Part shown: positions 9,013 through 18,386 of the stretch, in pieces | Layout of the letters: each line of letters opens with the position of its first letter | Numbering within the stretch: the first letter of the stretch is position 1 | Source of the DNA: a virus | Reading direction: 5' to 3' (one strand) | Length of the DNA stretch: 56,877 bases | Virus record (IMG/VR): IMGVR_UViG_3300048928_000366 | Location: 1 to 56,877 of that record | The notes under the pieces: generated by a model | Told to the model about the DNA's origin: nothing | Database searches by the model: none | What the model saw: the letters and a program-made list of their open reading frames with translations, nothing else | Position numbers and translations under genes: made by a program

Positions 9013-9854
9013 CAACAGGAATATTGATGATTGCCCTAGGGCATGAGAACTATATTAAGATGGCGGTGAACTTAGCGGCTTCCATCAGGGCAACCAGCCA
9101 GGTGAATATTCATCTGGTGCACGATGGTAAGTTGTCTGAGCTTTCAGAGGCTGAACAAACCCTATTTACAAGCGATTCTTTGCCCGATAATCGACACTGG
9201 CATACTGGACAGTCAGAGGACCCGGTAAAGGCAAAGACGAGGCTATATGACCTTAGTCCGTATGATCGGACATTGTTTCTTGACGTTGATATGATCTGGC
9301 TATTTAGGCCTATTGACGAATTAATAAATGAACTGGAAGGGGTGGATTTTGCAATCATGAATGAGGGACCGATAGAAAAGTGTTATTGGGCTGATCCAGC
9401 TGAGATGCGTACTGTAACGGGAAGCGAAGTGCCGATGCATGTGTTCTATAGCGAGCTGCTTTACTTCGAAAAGTCTGACCAGATGAAGGCTTACTTTAAA
9501 TCGGTTAAAGCTAACTACGACAAGCCGAGGGTAAGGTCCAAAGAATTCGCTGGTAGCCATATGCCGGATGAGTTGGCGTACATTATGGCAAGCCTGCAGA
9601 CTGGCATTCTACCGCATGCGGCCAACTGGTTCCCTGTATACTGGTACCTGCGGGACAAAGCCAATCGTCATTTACAGCCTTATCAGCTGTCGAATATATT
9701 TTATGCCTATAGCATTGGCGGGAATGTAACACCACAGTACGCGAAGGCCCATTACAATAACCTGTCGACTCATTTTGCATCTAAAATGGGTATAAAAAAG
9801 CCGTATCAGGTGCGGGACAAGAGAAGTTACATAGCAACGAGACAAAAATATTGA
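9009..9854 (+). CDS. GT8-like (glycogenin-like) nucleotide-sugar glycosyltransferase
   Basis: N-terminus ILMIALGHENYIKMAVNLAASI and a DxD context RTLFLDVDMIWL. Overlaps the upstream stop and ends 2 nt before the portal ATG. Confidence 0.5.
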   Translation: MTTGILMIALGHENYIKMAVNLAASIRATSQVNIHLVHDGKLSELSEAEQTLFTSDSLPDNRHWHTGQSEDPVKAKTRLYDLSPYDRTLFLDVDMIWLFRPIDELINELEGVDFAIMNEGPIEKCYWADPAEMRTVTGSEVPMHVFYSELLYFEKSDQMKAYFKSVKANYDKPRVRSKEFAGSHMPDELAYIMASLQTGILPHAANWFPVYWYLRDKANRHLQPYQLSNIFYAYSIGGNVTPQYAKAHYNNLSTHFASKMGIKKPYQVRDKRSYIATRQKY

Positions 9855-9855
9855 A

Positions 9856-11823
9856 ATGCCAATTGTTCCGACACCCGATTTATTACAGAAGTATGCCTTG
9901 AAAAGACTTACATATAAAGGCTATCAGGATGCCGTTAACTTATATGAAGACTTACGAGTGCACGCGGACGGGGAGATGCCAAAAGATGTGATAGAAGAAC
10001 GTCGTCCTTCGGAATCTGAAAGGATCAAGGAGTATCGCGAGAAGATATATGTGCCCATTACCGAGGCCACGGTCAGCAAAGTCATTACCTCTCTGTCAAA
10101 AATAAGACGTTCTCAGGATTGGTCAATTGAATATGACGCAAACAAAATACCCGCTAAAGTTGCCGGTAGGAAAGGGGAAACATTGCAGGACTACTGTGAG
10201 AAAAACTATCCTTACTTTAAGTCTGTCACCAATTGGGCATTTTCTGTCCTGTTACGGGCTATGTGCATCGACGCTAATGCTATAGAGGCTATTTGGCCTA
10301 TCAACAAAACACCACAGGCAACGGAGTTCTTGAAACCATTTTCTACAATCTTCCATTCCGACCAGGTTTTGGATTATGCAATGGATGATTATGCGGTTTT
10401 ACTTTCAACAGATATGTATACGTACCGCGACCGCGATCAGATCGAGCGTATGGGAATTGTGATTTATGTAATAAATACCACGCATATACACCGATGGGTA
10501 CAGGTAGATCTCGATTGGAGCATGAGAGAGGAATGGAGATATGAGCACAGGCTCGGATATGCGCCTATTCGCCGGCTTGGTGGAGTATTCTTCCGTAGTT
10601 ACGACAATATCTTCGTGTACAAATCCAGAATACAAGGTATGGTCCCTCGCCTGAAGGAGGCAGCCCGTATCTATAGCGATCTTCAGGCGGAGATTGTGCA
10701 GCATGTTCACAGTGATAAGTGGTTGTTCTCTCAAACTGAGTGCCGGCATTGTTCCGGCAAGGGATATTTGGACGATAGGAATCATGAATGTAATTCGTGC
10801 CATGGCGTAGGGTATGTGTCAACATCTCCATATTCCAATATGGTGCTTCGTCCGCAGACAAACATGGAACAAGGTCAGATACCAACTCCTCCCGCCGGAT
10901 ATATTCAGAAGACGGATGTTGCACTAATGGTAGATAGGATAGACGCACAAGTAGATAAACAGATATACCAGGCGCTGTCCGCAATCAATATGGAATTTCT
11001 CACTAAGGCGCCACTCAATGAATCAGGCGTAGCAAAAGAGGTTGATAAAGACGAACTGAACAACTTCGTTCATTCTGTCGCAGAGGATATAGTCGCCGCT
11101 ATTGACTGGACCTATAAAGTGACTAACGATTACAGGTATAAAGACCTAGTCCCTAGCATGGAGGAACGGGATGGTATGCTTCCATCCATTCCGGTCCCTG
11201 AAAAGTTCGACCTTCTTTCTTCGACATTGCTTCTCGATGATCTAGCAAAGGCAAAGCAAAATGGAATTAACCCTGTAATTCAGAATGAGTTGCAAATAGA
11301 ATATGCAGGTAAGAAGTTTTACAATTCTCCGAAGGTGAAGGACGAGCTTGAGGCGGTGTTCCAGCTGGACCCATTCCCTAACATTAGTGATGAGGAAAAG
11401 ATGACCAGACTTTCAAATGATGGTATCACTCAGATAGATTATGTGATAAGCTCAAATATTCAGCAGTTTGTGCGCCGCGCCATAACTGAAGACGAACAGT
11501 TTGCCTCTAAGTCGCTGCAAGATCGGAAGAAGATCATGGAAAAATATGCTAATGAAATCATACGCAAGAACTCGCCGGCAGCCCAACTGCAGGGAGGTGA
11601 AGGGGATGATCCTGCATCTATGTTGCGTGCATCTGTAGGTGGCTTGACAGGTATGATAGAAATCGTGAAGGCTGTAGCATCGGGCGTATATGATTTAGAG
11701 GCGGCTATAGCATTAGTAAGTCAGCGATTCGGTATTTCAGAAGAAGAGGCCCGTAAGCAACTCGGAACCCCTCAGCTATTAACTGATCCGAATCAGGTAG
11801 ACAAAGTAGCACAATTAACATGA
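9856..11823 (+). CDS. Putative portal protein with an inserted DnaJ-type CxxCxGxG zinc knuckle
   Basis: 655 aa directly upstream of a MuF-like gene. Contains CRHCSGKG...CNSCHGVG. Confidence 0.5.
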   Translation: MPIVPTPDLLQKYALKRLTYKGYQDAVNLYEDLRVHADGEMPKDVIEERRPSESERIKEYREKIYVPITEATVSKVITSLSKIRRSQDWSIEYDANKIPAKVAGRKGETLQDYCEKNYPYFKSVTNWAFSVLLRAMCIDANAIEAIWPINKTPQATEFLKPFSTIFHSDQVLDYAMDDYAVLLSTDMYTYRDRDQIERMGIVIYVINTTHIHRWVQVDLDWSMREEWRYEHRLGYAPIRRLGGVFFRSYDNIFVYKSRIQGMVPRLKEAARIYSDLQAEIVQHVHSDKWLFSQTECRHCSGKGYLDDRNHECNSCHGVGYVSTSPYSNMVLRPQTNMEQGQIPTPPAGYIQKTDVALMVDRIDAQVDKQIYQALSAINMEFLTKAPLNESGVAKEVDKDELNNFVHSVAEDIVAAIDWTYKVTNDYRYKDLVPSMEERDGMLPSIPVPEKFDLLSSTLLLDDLAKAKQNGINPVIQNELQIEYAGKKFYNSPKVKDELEAVFQLDPFPNISDEEKMTRLSNDGITQIDYVISSNIQQFVRRAITEDEQFASKSLQDRKKIMEKYANEIIRKNSPAAQLQGGEGDDPASMLRASVGGLTGMIEIVKAVASGVYDLEAAIALVSQRFGISEEEARKQLGTPQLLTDPNQVDKVAQLT

Positions 11824-11824
11824 T

Positions 11825-12748
11825 ATGGCATCAGAGGAAGACATTTTAAAGGAGATAGGGAAGATAGTAGAGCAATCCGCAGAGAAGTTCAACGCCACTC
11901 AGGTAGAGTCGGATAAACGCGTATTTGATGCTATTTCTGAAAAGCTGAAAGACTTGGATGTTAAGGCCGGGAGAATATCTGTTTCGGTAAAGAATCTAAA
12001 CCTTATCGGTAAAATCGTTAAAGGGCTGCGTAAGACGATATTGGACAAAGAGTATATGTCTAATCTAAAAACATTCATTTCCGCATTTGATGATATTTAC
12101 AAACTGCAGAATCAGTATTTCGGGCTTCTGGAGGAGAAGTTCAAAGTAACGCCACTCCTACAGGCAATCAGAGAGGAGGCTATCGAATCAACTATCCAGC
12201 AATTGACAGATGATAAAGTGAATATAGGTAGTGCGAATGTAAGGGATGTATTGAGGCAAAATATAACGACTGGTGGGAGTTATAAAGATATGATGCAAAC
12301 CATGTCGAAGACTATTATTGGCACTGAAGGACCAGACAAAACTATTTCAGGAGGTATCAGCGCAGCCTCAAAAACTGCTACTATTACATCTGTCGCACAG
12401 TATTCTAGGCACTATAGTGAATCGGTAGCATCTGGATTAAATTTTACTTGGTTCCAATATGTTGGTTCTACCATCACCACAACTAGGTGTTTCTGTCATG
12501 CTATGGTGGAGAAGAGATACTTTCACATTTCTGAAATACCGGACTTATTAAAGGGTAACTTCAAAGAATTTGAAAAAAAGGAATGTGATTTGAACGGCAA
12601 GACAGGATTGCCAGATGGCATGATACCTGGAACCAATGCGAGTAATTTCATGACCTATGCCGGCGGATATAATTGTCAGCATTCTATATTCCCCGTGCCA
12701 GCTTCACGGGTGCCGGCAGAATTAAGGGCACTATTTGAGGTGTCCTGA
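11825..12748 (+). CDS. Minor capsid / head morphogenesis protein (Mu F / SPP1 gp7-like)
   Basis: C-terminal GGYNCQHSIFPV resembles the conserved GGxNCRC motif of the family. Position after the portal fits. Confidence 0.65.
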   Translation: MASEEDILKEIGKIVEQSAEKFNATQVESDKRVFDAISEKLKDLDVKAGRISVSVKNLNLIGKIVKGLRKTILDKEYMSNLKTFISAFDDIYKLQNQYFGLLEEKFKVTPLLQAIREEAIESTIQQLTDDKVNIGSANVRDVLRQNITTGGSYKDMMQTMSKTIIGTEGPDKTISGGISAASKTATITSVAQYSRHYSESVASGLNFTWFQYVGSTITTTRCFCHAMVEKRYFHISEIPDLLKGNFKEFEKKECDLNGKTGLPDGMIPGTNASNFMTYAGGYNCQHSIFPVPASRVPAELRALFEVS

Positions 12749-13040
12749 TAATTATCTCTGGGCCTCGCTCACCTATAATACTAGGGGTGCCGTGTAGAGG
12801 TCCGCAAGACCTGAACTTTGGAATAGGTTGGCTCACAATTATGTGATTTGTTATCTGTGCAGATCGTATCGTCGCGATTATTTGTAAAATCTTAAATGCC
12901 CTTTTCTTTCTTGCTAATTTAGCGATTCTCGGAAATTTCCCATTAGGCATTGCCTTTGCAAGATGGGTGATTGCTGAAGCCGCATTTACCATGTTATTCA
13001 TGATAGCCAGAGCTTTTTGTCTTCTAAGTTCTACATCCAT
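12684..13040 (-). CDS. Hypothetical protein with a GERGPE motif
   Basis: Last ORF of a leftward trio. IIGERGPEIII resembles LIGEAGPELYY in the tape measure protein. Convergent 65-nt overlap with the MuF-like gene. Confidence 0.35.
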   Translation of the reverse strand: MDVELRRQKALAIMNNMVNAASAITHLAKAMPNGKFPRIAKLARKKRAFKILQIIATIRSAQITNHIIVSQPIPKFRSCGPLHGTPSIIGERGPEIIIRTPQIVPLILPAPVKLARGI

Positions 13041-13222
13041 ATGAAGTTTTTAATTTTCCCAAGTATGTTCTTGATTATAGCTTTCTGCTTCTGCTTTCGC
13101 TGTATTTCTCCTGTCTCCGGGTTCACATAAACCTGACACCCCTCACAGGCCATGCCTATGCCATATTTTTCCAGCGGCTTTTCGCAGACTGGACAGTTCT
13201 CAATTTTAGGTGGTTGTTGCAT
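13031..13222 (-). CDS. Small zinc-ribbon protein
   Basis: CPVC...CEGC motifs. Overlaps both neighbours in the leftward trio. Confidence 0.5.
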   Translation of the reverse strand: MQQPPKIENCPVCEKPLEKYGIGMACEGCQVYVNPETGEIQRKQKQKAIIKNILGKIKNFIWM

Positions 13223-13415
13223 CTTGTAAGTTACCCATATTTACCAATATGCGGTACTTACGCAGCATGTTGTAAACAGCCTGGCTATTGCCAAATCGAC
13301 ATCCGCATTCATCAGCTTTTTTTTTCTTATATGCTTCTAATATCACCACAATATCGTCTGGAACATCCACCAGCAACAGATTCTTTTTCTTTTTATCGTC
13401 GCCCATATATATCAA
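13206..13415 (-). CDS. Small putative ribbon-helix-helix DNA-binding protein
   Basis: NLLLVDVPDDIVVILEAYKK has a beta-strand-then-helix pattern. A palindromic operator lies directly upstream. Confidence 0.4.
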   Translation of the reverse strand: MIYMGDDKKKKNLLLVDVPDDIVVILEAYKKKKADECGCRFGNSQAVYNMLRKYRILVNMGNLQDATTT

Positions 13416-13430
13416 TTATATAGCAAAGAT

Positions 13431-13449
13431 ATAGATAAAATCTATTTTG
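13431..13449. promoter_or_regulatory. Perfect palindrome ATAGATAAAATCTAT plus TTTG (late-promoter-like motif, copy 2)
   Basis: Palindrome at 13431-13445. ATAAAATCTAT is shared with 42-52 and 47802-47812. A leftward TATCTTTG -7 box (complement of 13424-13431) abuts it, and a second rightward box TATTTTTG is at 13475-13482. Confidence 0.5.
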
Positions 13450-13506
13450 TAGTAGTCAATGTATAGAAAATATCTATTTTTGTATTGTAATAAACGATCA
13501 CAGCCA

Positions 13507-13995
13507 ATGGCTCAGAAGTATTTAAAGATCATACAGGATAGTATCACGTCATACGTTCCTGATACCAAATTCGTCCGGGACTTCTGGGCAAAACAGAACT
13601 CGCGCCTCGGTAGGAATCGGAACGCCCAGCACGAGATGGTGACTATCATGCCTGCTACTGATGAAGAGGTTGAATTTATGACCAAACCAGTGGCGGATGT
13701 GACACTAACGGATACTATTAAGCCATTCTTGCCAGCCGACGACAAGTTGGATAAACTACAGGCGCAGTTGGAATCTCAACAGGCTCTGATCAATACACTG
13801 ATGGGGAAATTGCTGGAAGCACAAATACCAACGCCTCCAACCACCGTACAGCCTACCGAGGCAAACCAGGTGATAGCTGAAAGTAGTAGCGCCGAGAAGT
13901 ATACTGACACAAAAGTTCCTGAAGCCAGATCCAAACCTGGACCAAAACCTAAAACGAATACCGATGGCAAAGATGAAACCGAAGTCGACGCCTAA
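13507..13995 (+). CDS. Hypothetical head-module protein
   Basis: ATG at 13507 is preferred over the upstream in-frame start at 13459, which lies inside the promoter region. Coiled-coil centre and Pro/Thr-rich tail. Confidence 0.5.
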   Translation: MAQKYLKIIQDSITSYVPDTKFVRDFWAKQNSRLGRNRNAQHEMVTIMPATDEEVEFMTKPVADVTLTDTIKPFLPADDKLDKLQAQLESQQALINTLMGKLLEAQIPTPPTTVQPTEANQVIAESSSAEKYTDTKVPEARSKPGPKPKTNTDGKDETEVDA

Positions 13996-14047
13996 GCCTA
14001 AAAAGCCGTGTTGCGGTCGTTAATTTATTATCAATCAAATTCTTTTT

Positions 14048-14917
14048 ATGCCTATCAAAGTAGGGACACTTTTAAATAATCTGGCAAAGAAGGTAGGGTT
14101 TAATACAGATACCCCGGCCTTTACTGAGTTGTTAAGCGCGAATCTTGAATTACCGGACGACTTGGTATCTTCCCTGGAATCAAGATTATTTACCGAAGAT
14201 GCTGCAAAGAATAACGGAGCCTTAAAGGCTTATTTCTTCAAGCAGGCTTTGGATGGAGTTGACAACAACATCACGCGTGTGATTGAAGAGTTCCAGCTGG
14301 ACGAAGAAAAAAGGAACGAAATCCTTGGCATAAAAAGTACTTATGACAGAGTCCCTGCTCTTGTTAAAACAATACAAGCCCTCGAAGCACAGAAGGCTGG
14401 AGCATCTAGGGGCGATAAAGCAGCCCTTCAGGAGCAGATTAATGAATTGAATAGAGAGAAGGCCCAGCTCGTAAAAGACAGGGATACCGAAATCAGTAAA
14501 ATGAAGGCTCAATATGAGCAGGACTTTACTGATAGCCTTATCAAAACGCGTATAGCATCTACCAACCTGGTAGTCGATCAATTCGACAAGCCTGTGATGG
14601 AAGAGTTTGCATATAAGTTCTTTAACCAGGAACTTGCGACCGCAGACGCCAAGGTCGTTCAAAGAAATGGCGTGCTAAAACTCGTAAAGGCTTCAGATGA
14701 AGCGTTAGACTACTATGCTGATAACAAACCAGTGACTTTCCCAGAGTTTCTGGACGCTACATTGGCAAAACACAAACTCATTGCGGTGAATAAGCCGGCT
14801 CCACCGCCCGGGCCAAATCCTCCTCCACCAAATGGTCCTAATCCTCAAGCAAGACCGGCTAATTCTTCTTTTGCTGCACTAATTGCACAAAGCCAAGCTG
14901 ACTTGCAGAGAACGTGA
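14048..14917 (+). CDS. Putative scaffolding protein
   Basis: 289 aa, helical and charged, with a Pro-rich C-terminus. Lies directly upstream of the capsid gene. Confidence 0.5.
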   Translation: MPIKVGTLLNNLAKKVGFNTDTPAFTELLSANLELPDDLVSSLESRLFTEDAAKNNGALKAYFFKQALDGVDNNITRVIEEFQLDEEKRNEILGIKSTYDRVPALVKTIQALEAQKAGASRGDKAALQEQINELNREKAQLVKDRDTEISKMKAQYEQDFTDSLIKTRIASTNLVVDQFDKPVMEEFAYKFFNQELATADAKVVQRNGVLKLVKASDEALDYYADNKPVTFPEFLDATLAKHKLIAVNKPAPPPGPNPPPPNGPNPQARPANSSFAALIAQSQADLQRT

Positions 14918-14957
14918 TGGCCATTAAGGAGATCATACCTTCTTAATAATTACCAAC

Positions 14958-16085
14958 ATGGCAAACGGTTTTTGCCCCTCCATTCTCGGACAGTTGTCCG
15001 AAATCACCGCATGTAATACCCCCTCACAAAAGATAACGCCTGCAGGTTTCCTGCGTATGCTGCTTGAAAACAAACCAGCAGTTCAGTTGCTTCAACTGGA
15101 TAATGGTAACGGGCACGTGCGCGATGTTCGTTACAAGTACAAAAAGAGAGCGGTGCCTTCGCAGACCTCTACTGAGGATAATTGTGATATCACTTATATC
15201 CCAACCTGGCTTGAAGCCTCCCTGGCGACAACCAATTTCCGGAAGACTGCATTCTTTATTGACGATGCAACAATGGCCCAGTATTGTGCTGACGCTTCTG
15301 CCACTGTTGCAGTTGGCCAACCATCAACCATGTTGATGCAGGAATTCATGCGTGACATCATGAACACCGCTAATGCGCTAATCGGAGCCATCGACCAGGA
15401 CCTGCTTACTCTACAAGCCGTTAAATTCGGTCGTAACCAAGTAACAGGCACCAATGCTGCCCAGACGGTTAACATCCCTAAGGATGCGACACAATACGAC
15501 TTGAATACAGGTATCACAAAGATCCTGGCTGATGCCATGGAAAATGAATTCTGTGGCAACATCAACATCGTAGGTTCCGGATTGATGAACAACTTCACTA
15601 TTCAGCAGCTCGTTTCTTGCTGTAATGCCGCTGGTGTAGATATGAGCCGATTTACTGGCTTCAATTGGTACAATGACCTGTATGCGAAACAGGCATGGGG
15701 AACCAACCAGGTTGGCGTATTCAGTGAGGGTAGTGTCGGGCTGATTGACATCGTTCGCTACAAAGGCTTCCGCGCTGGAGATAAAGGCGTTTCTCAGTTC
15801 TTCACCCTGCCGCTACCGGTAGAATGTCCTCAATGCAACGGTGGATACGATGGCCTCGTGTTCGATGCGCAGCTGAAATACTTCGACTGCCCGCAGGATA
15901 TTGAAAGCGATTGCGATGGTACAGTTCCTATCGAACGTGGACACGCGCTGATCTTGTCAAAGACATTCGGGCTGTTCAACATTCCAACTGATGCGTATCA
16001 GAACGAAGCTATATACAGCGACTGCGGTACGGATCGCCTATCCGGCAACAACGGAACCCTCCGCTACACAATCACTAACAGCTAA
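14958..16085 (+). CDS. Putative major capsid protein
   Basis: 375 aa following the scaffold-like gene. Called from size and position only. Confidence 0.55.
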   Translation: MANGFCPSILGQLSEITACNTPSQKITPAGFLRMLLENKPAVQLLQLDNGNGHVRDVRYKYKKRAVPSQTSTEDNCDITYIPTWLEASLATTNFRKTAFFIDDATMAQYCADASATVAVGQPSTMLMQEFMRDIMNTANALIGAIDQDLLTLQAVKFGRNQVTGTNAAQTVNIPKDATQYDLNTGITKILADAMENEFCGNINIVGSGLMNNFTIQQLVSCCNAAGVDMSRFTGFNWYNDLYAKQAWGTNQVGVFSEGSVGLIDIVRYKGFRAGDKGVSQFFTLPLPVECPQCNGGYDGLVFDAQLKYFDCPQDIESDCDGTVPIERGHALILSKTFGLFNIPTDAYQNEAIYSDCGTDRLSGNNGTLRYTITNS

Positions 16086-16087
16086 TC

Positions 16088-16636
16088 ATGGCGGTTACTC
16101 CTGATATTATCCAGTGCCTTACCGGCTTCATTGGGATTTTGGGTTGTAATGCTCAGGAGCCTGACAGTGGGTTATACATTAACTCACTGCCAGGTATAAC
16201 CATGGAGAAAATCGATAGCATGGCAGATGCTGAACAGGTCACGTATATCGGCGTATGGAAAGAAGTTGAGAAAAGAGCGCTACTGAAATTCCGGACAGCC
16301 CTAATGGCCGGCCTGAATAAGTGCTATCAAATCAACGAACGCACAACCGTTGAGTGTATTGCCTGTGAATTCCGGGATCTCCTTGCGACCTCTTTATGGT
16401 ATGCCTTGGGCCGGGAGCTTATGGATGAGTTGATCTACTCAAACAGAGTTAACCGGTATACAACTATCGATCGAGATGAGGCGAAGGAACTCAGAGATCA
16501 CTATCAGGTAACCTTTGAGGAAGAACTGAAGTATGCGCTGCAGGGAATCAATGTTGAAGCAAGTGATTGTATACAGGATGAAAAGGATTGCCCACAACAG
16601 AACGGGGATATTCATTACCGTGAATCTATGATGTGA
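16088..16636 (+). CDS. Head-tail connector / head completion protein (positional)
   Basis: Starts 3 nt after the capsid gene stop. Confidence 0.4.
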   Translation: MAVTPDIIQCLTGFIGILGCNAQEPDSGLYINSLPGITMEKIDSMADAEQVTYIGVWKEVEKRALLKFRTALMAGLNKCYQINERTTVECIACEFRDLLATSLWYALGRELMDELIYSNRVNRYTTIDRDEAKELRDHYQVTFEEELKYALQGINVEASDCIQDEKDCPQQNGDIHYRESMM

Positions 16637-16637
16637 T

Positions 16638-17207
16638 ATGGACACTACTGTTTCTCAGGTTATTTTCAACTTACAACAGCTTAGCACTAATACTGAACCT
16701 TATATGCGTGCGGTAGTATTGGTTTTGGCTGGAGAGGTAAGACAGCGTATTCATGTAGATGGGAAAAAGGCGAACGGATCTGAAATAGGTAAATATAGTA
16801 GCGGCTACTTGAAATTGAGATCTGGTGATTATGCAAATTCAGAGAAACATACCAAAGGCGCAAAAAAAGGGCAAAATAAGAATGCTGGGACATTTACCGA
16901 TAGAACAATTAGGTTAAATAAGCAGACTGGCGTTTTTACCGGCGAAGATAAAGTTGGTAAGGAACGGCCTAATTATAACCGCGGATCTGATCCTAAAGTA
17001 ATACTCTCATTAACTCGTCAAATGGAGCAAGATTTTGTTCCAATTGCTGAAGGCGATACTTATGGATTGGGGTTTAATAATCCACATAATTTCGACAAGG
17101 CAACATGGAATGAGGAAAGATACAAGGGCGTTTATGACCTCAGTGAAGATGAGATAAAAATAGCAGAGGACACTATAACAGATTATATCAATGGCATTTT
17201 TGGATAA
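16638..17207 (+). CDS. Head-tail joining protein (positional)
   Basis: Tightly coupled ORF in the connector block. Confidence 0.4.
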   Translation: MDTTVSQVIFNLQQLSTNTEPYMRAVVLVLAGEVRQRIHVDGKKANGSEIGKYSSGYLKLRSGDYANSEKHTKGAKKGQNKNAGTFTDRTIRLNKQTGVFTGEDKVGKERPNYNRGSDPKVILSLTRQMEQDFVPIAEGDTYGLGFNNPHNFDKATWNEERYKGVYDLSEDEIKIAEDTITDYINGIFG

Positions 17208-17763
17208 CGTAGTAACAGCGATCAATGACAAAGTAAAGGAAAGCCTAACAGCATTCCCTACATCGCATTACGATGGTATAGCATACCAGTTACCGAAGAA
17301 GGACGGAGACAAGGTGCAATACATCCCTGCACTGATTGATCTGAACGGAGAAGCGAAGTGGGTGACCTTTGACGACCTGCAGGAAATGAATATTTACCAT
17401 CGAATTGTGTCTTCTATTTATTCTCAGGTGAAGCAAGGGAGCTATGGCGATGGATACGATTATTTCCAGCAATCTTATGATATGGATATGGTGGTAATGG
17501 CAAGTAGGAGAAAAGTTCATGTCCAGCCAGATGCTTTAGAAATGGCCATTGCATCCAATATCCCAACTAAGCATAAGATAGATGGGTTCGAATTCGTCAA
17601 CATCACAACCGTTTCTAGCAACTACAATGGAAGGTCAGTATTTCAACAAGAATTTCAAAGCGTAGACTACTTCCTCAAGCCTGAGCATATACTATTATCA
17701 ATACGATACCGTGTTGAATTACGATACCGGAAAGGCTGCATAAGCCTTTGTCAATGTAACTGA
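17191..17763 (+). CDS. Tail completion protein (positional)
   Basis: Overlaps the upstream ORF by 17 nt. Confidence 0.4.
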   Translation: MAFLDNVVTAINDKVKESLTAFPTSHYDGIAYQLPKKDGDKVQYIPALIDLNGEAKWVTFDDLQEMNIYHRIVSSIYSQVKQGSYGDGYDYFQQSYDMDMVVMASRRKVHVQPDALEMAIASNIPTKHKIDGFEFVNITTVSSNYNGRSVFQQEFQSVDYFLKPEHILLSIRYRVELRYRKGCISLCQCN

Positions 17764-17782
17764 ACAGTGAAAAAATAATACA

Positions 17783-18343
17783 ATGGCATCAGTATATTAT
17801 CCCGGTTGTGATACTGAGGATTTACCAGAATACCAGTGCGATCCCTGTGCCGACTATGAGAAGGGACGCGTAAGATCTGCAGGCTTTGTAACAGCTGCTT
17901 ATAAGCCAACACTCGCAGCCAATCCGACAAGCGCGCAACTTTGGGTAACAGGAATTGAAAGCGGTGACATATTAATCATCCCAAAAGTCACTGGCACATT
18001 GGACGCCCCTGACCCAATTACGGGGCCCGGATATGGTGATGATGTAGAAACTGTGCTCGGACGTGACTTTACACTAGCTTTTCGTGATCCAAACTATAAA
18101 GGCAATTGTAACTTCTACAACACTCTCAAGCGGCAAAATGGTAAATGGCACGCTATTTACCGAACCGGCACGCAGACACACATCAGTAATGAAACCGCGA
18201 CGATTGATACACGCGCGCCTATAACGGAGAACCTGGAAGATAACCTGGAATGGAATGTCTCAGCTAAGTGGCGCGGTCAGGATCAACCATGCCCCTTCGA
18301 CACGCCTGCTGATATTTTCGAGTGCTTCGGCCTGATTCCTTGA
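17783..18343 (+). CDS. Putative major tail tube protein
   Basis: 186 aa after the connector genes, followed by a strong intrinsic terminator. Confidence 0.45.
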   Translation: MASVYYPGCDTEDLPEYQCDPCADYEKGRVRSAGFVTAAYKPTLAANPTSAQLWVTGIESGDILIIPKVTGTLDAPDPITGPGYGDDVETVLGRDFTLAFRDPNYKGNCNFYNTLKRQNGKWHAIYRTGTQTHISNETATIDTRAPITENLEDNLEWNVSAKWRGQDQPCPFDTPADIFECFGLIP

Positions 18344-18358
18344 TAAGAACCTCAAATT

Positions 18359-18381
18359 GGCGGCCTAGCGCCGCCTTTTTT
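18359..18381 (+). terminator. Rho-independent terminator
   Basis: GGCGGC-ctagc-GCCGCC stem followed by T6. Confidence 0.7.
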
Positions 18382-18386
18382 GCATT

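Noticed and set aside
12749-12830. Possible terminator or small RNA after the MuF-like gene (AGGTC-cgcaa-GACCT hairpin)
   Set aside because: The stem is only 5 bp, there is no T-run, and the segment is covered by the C-terminal part of ORF 12684-13040. The evidence is too weak.
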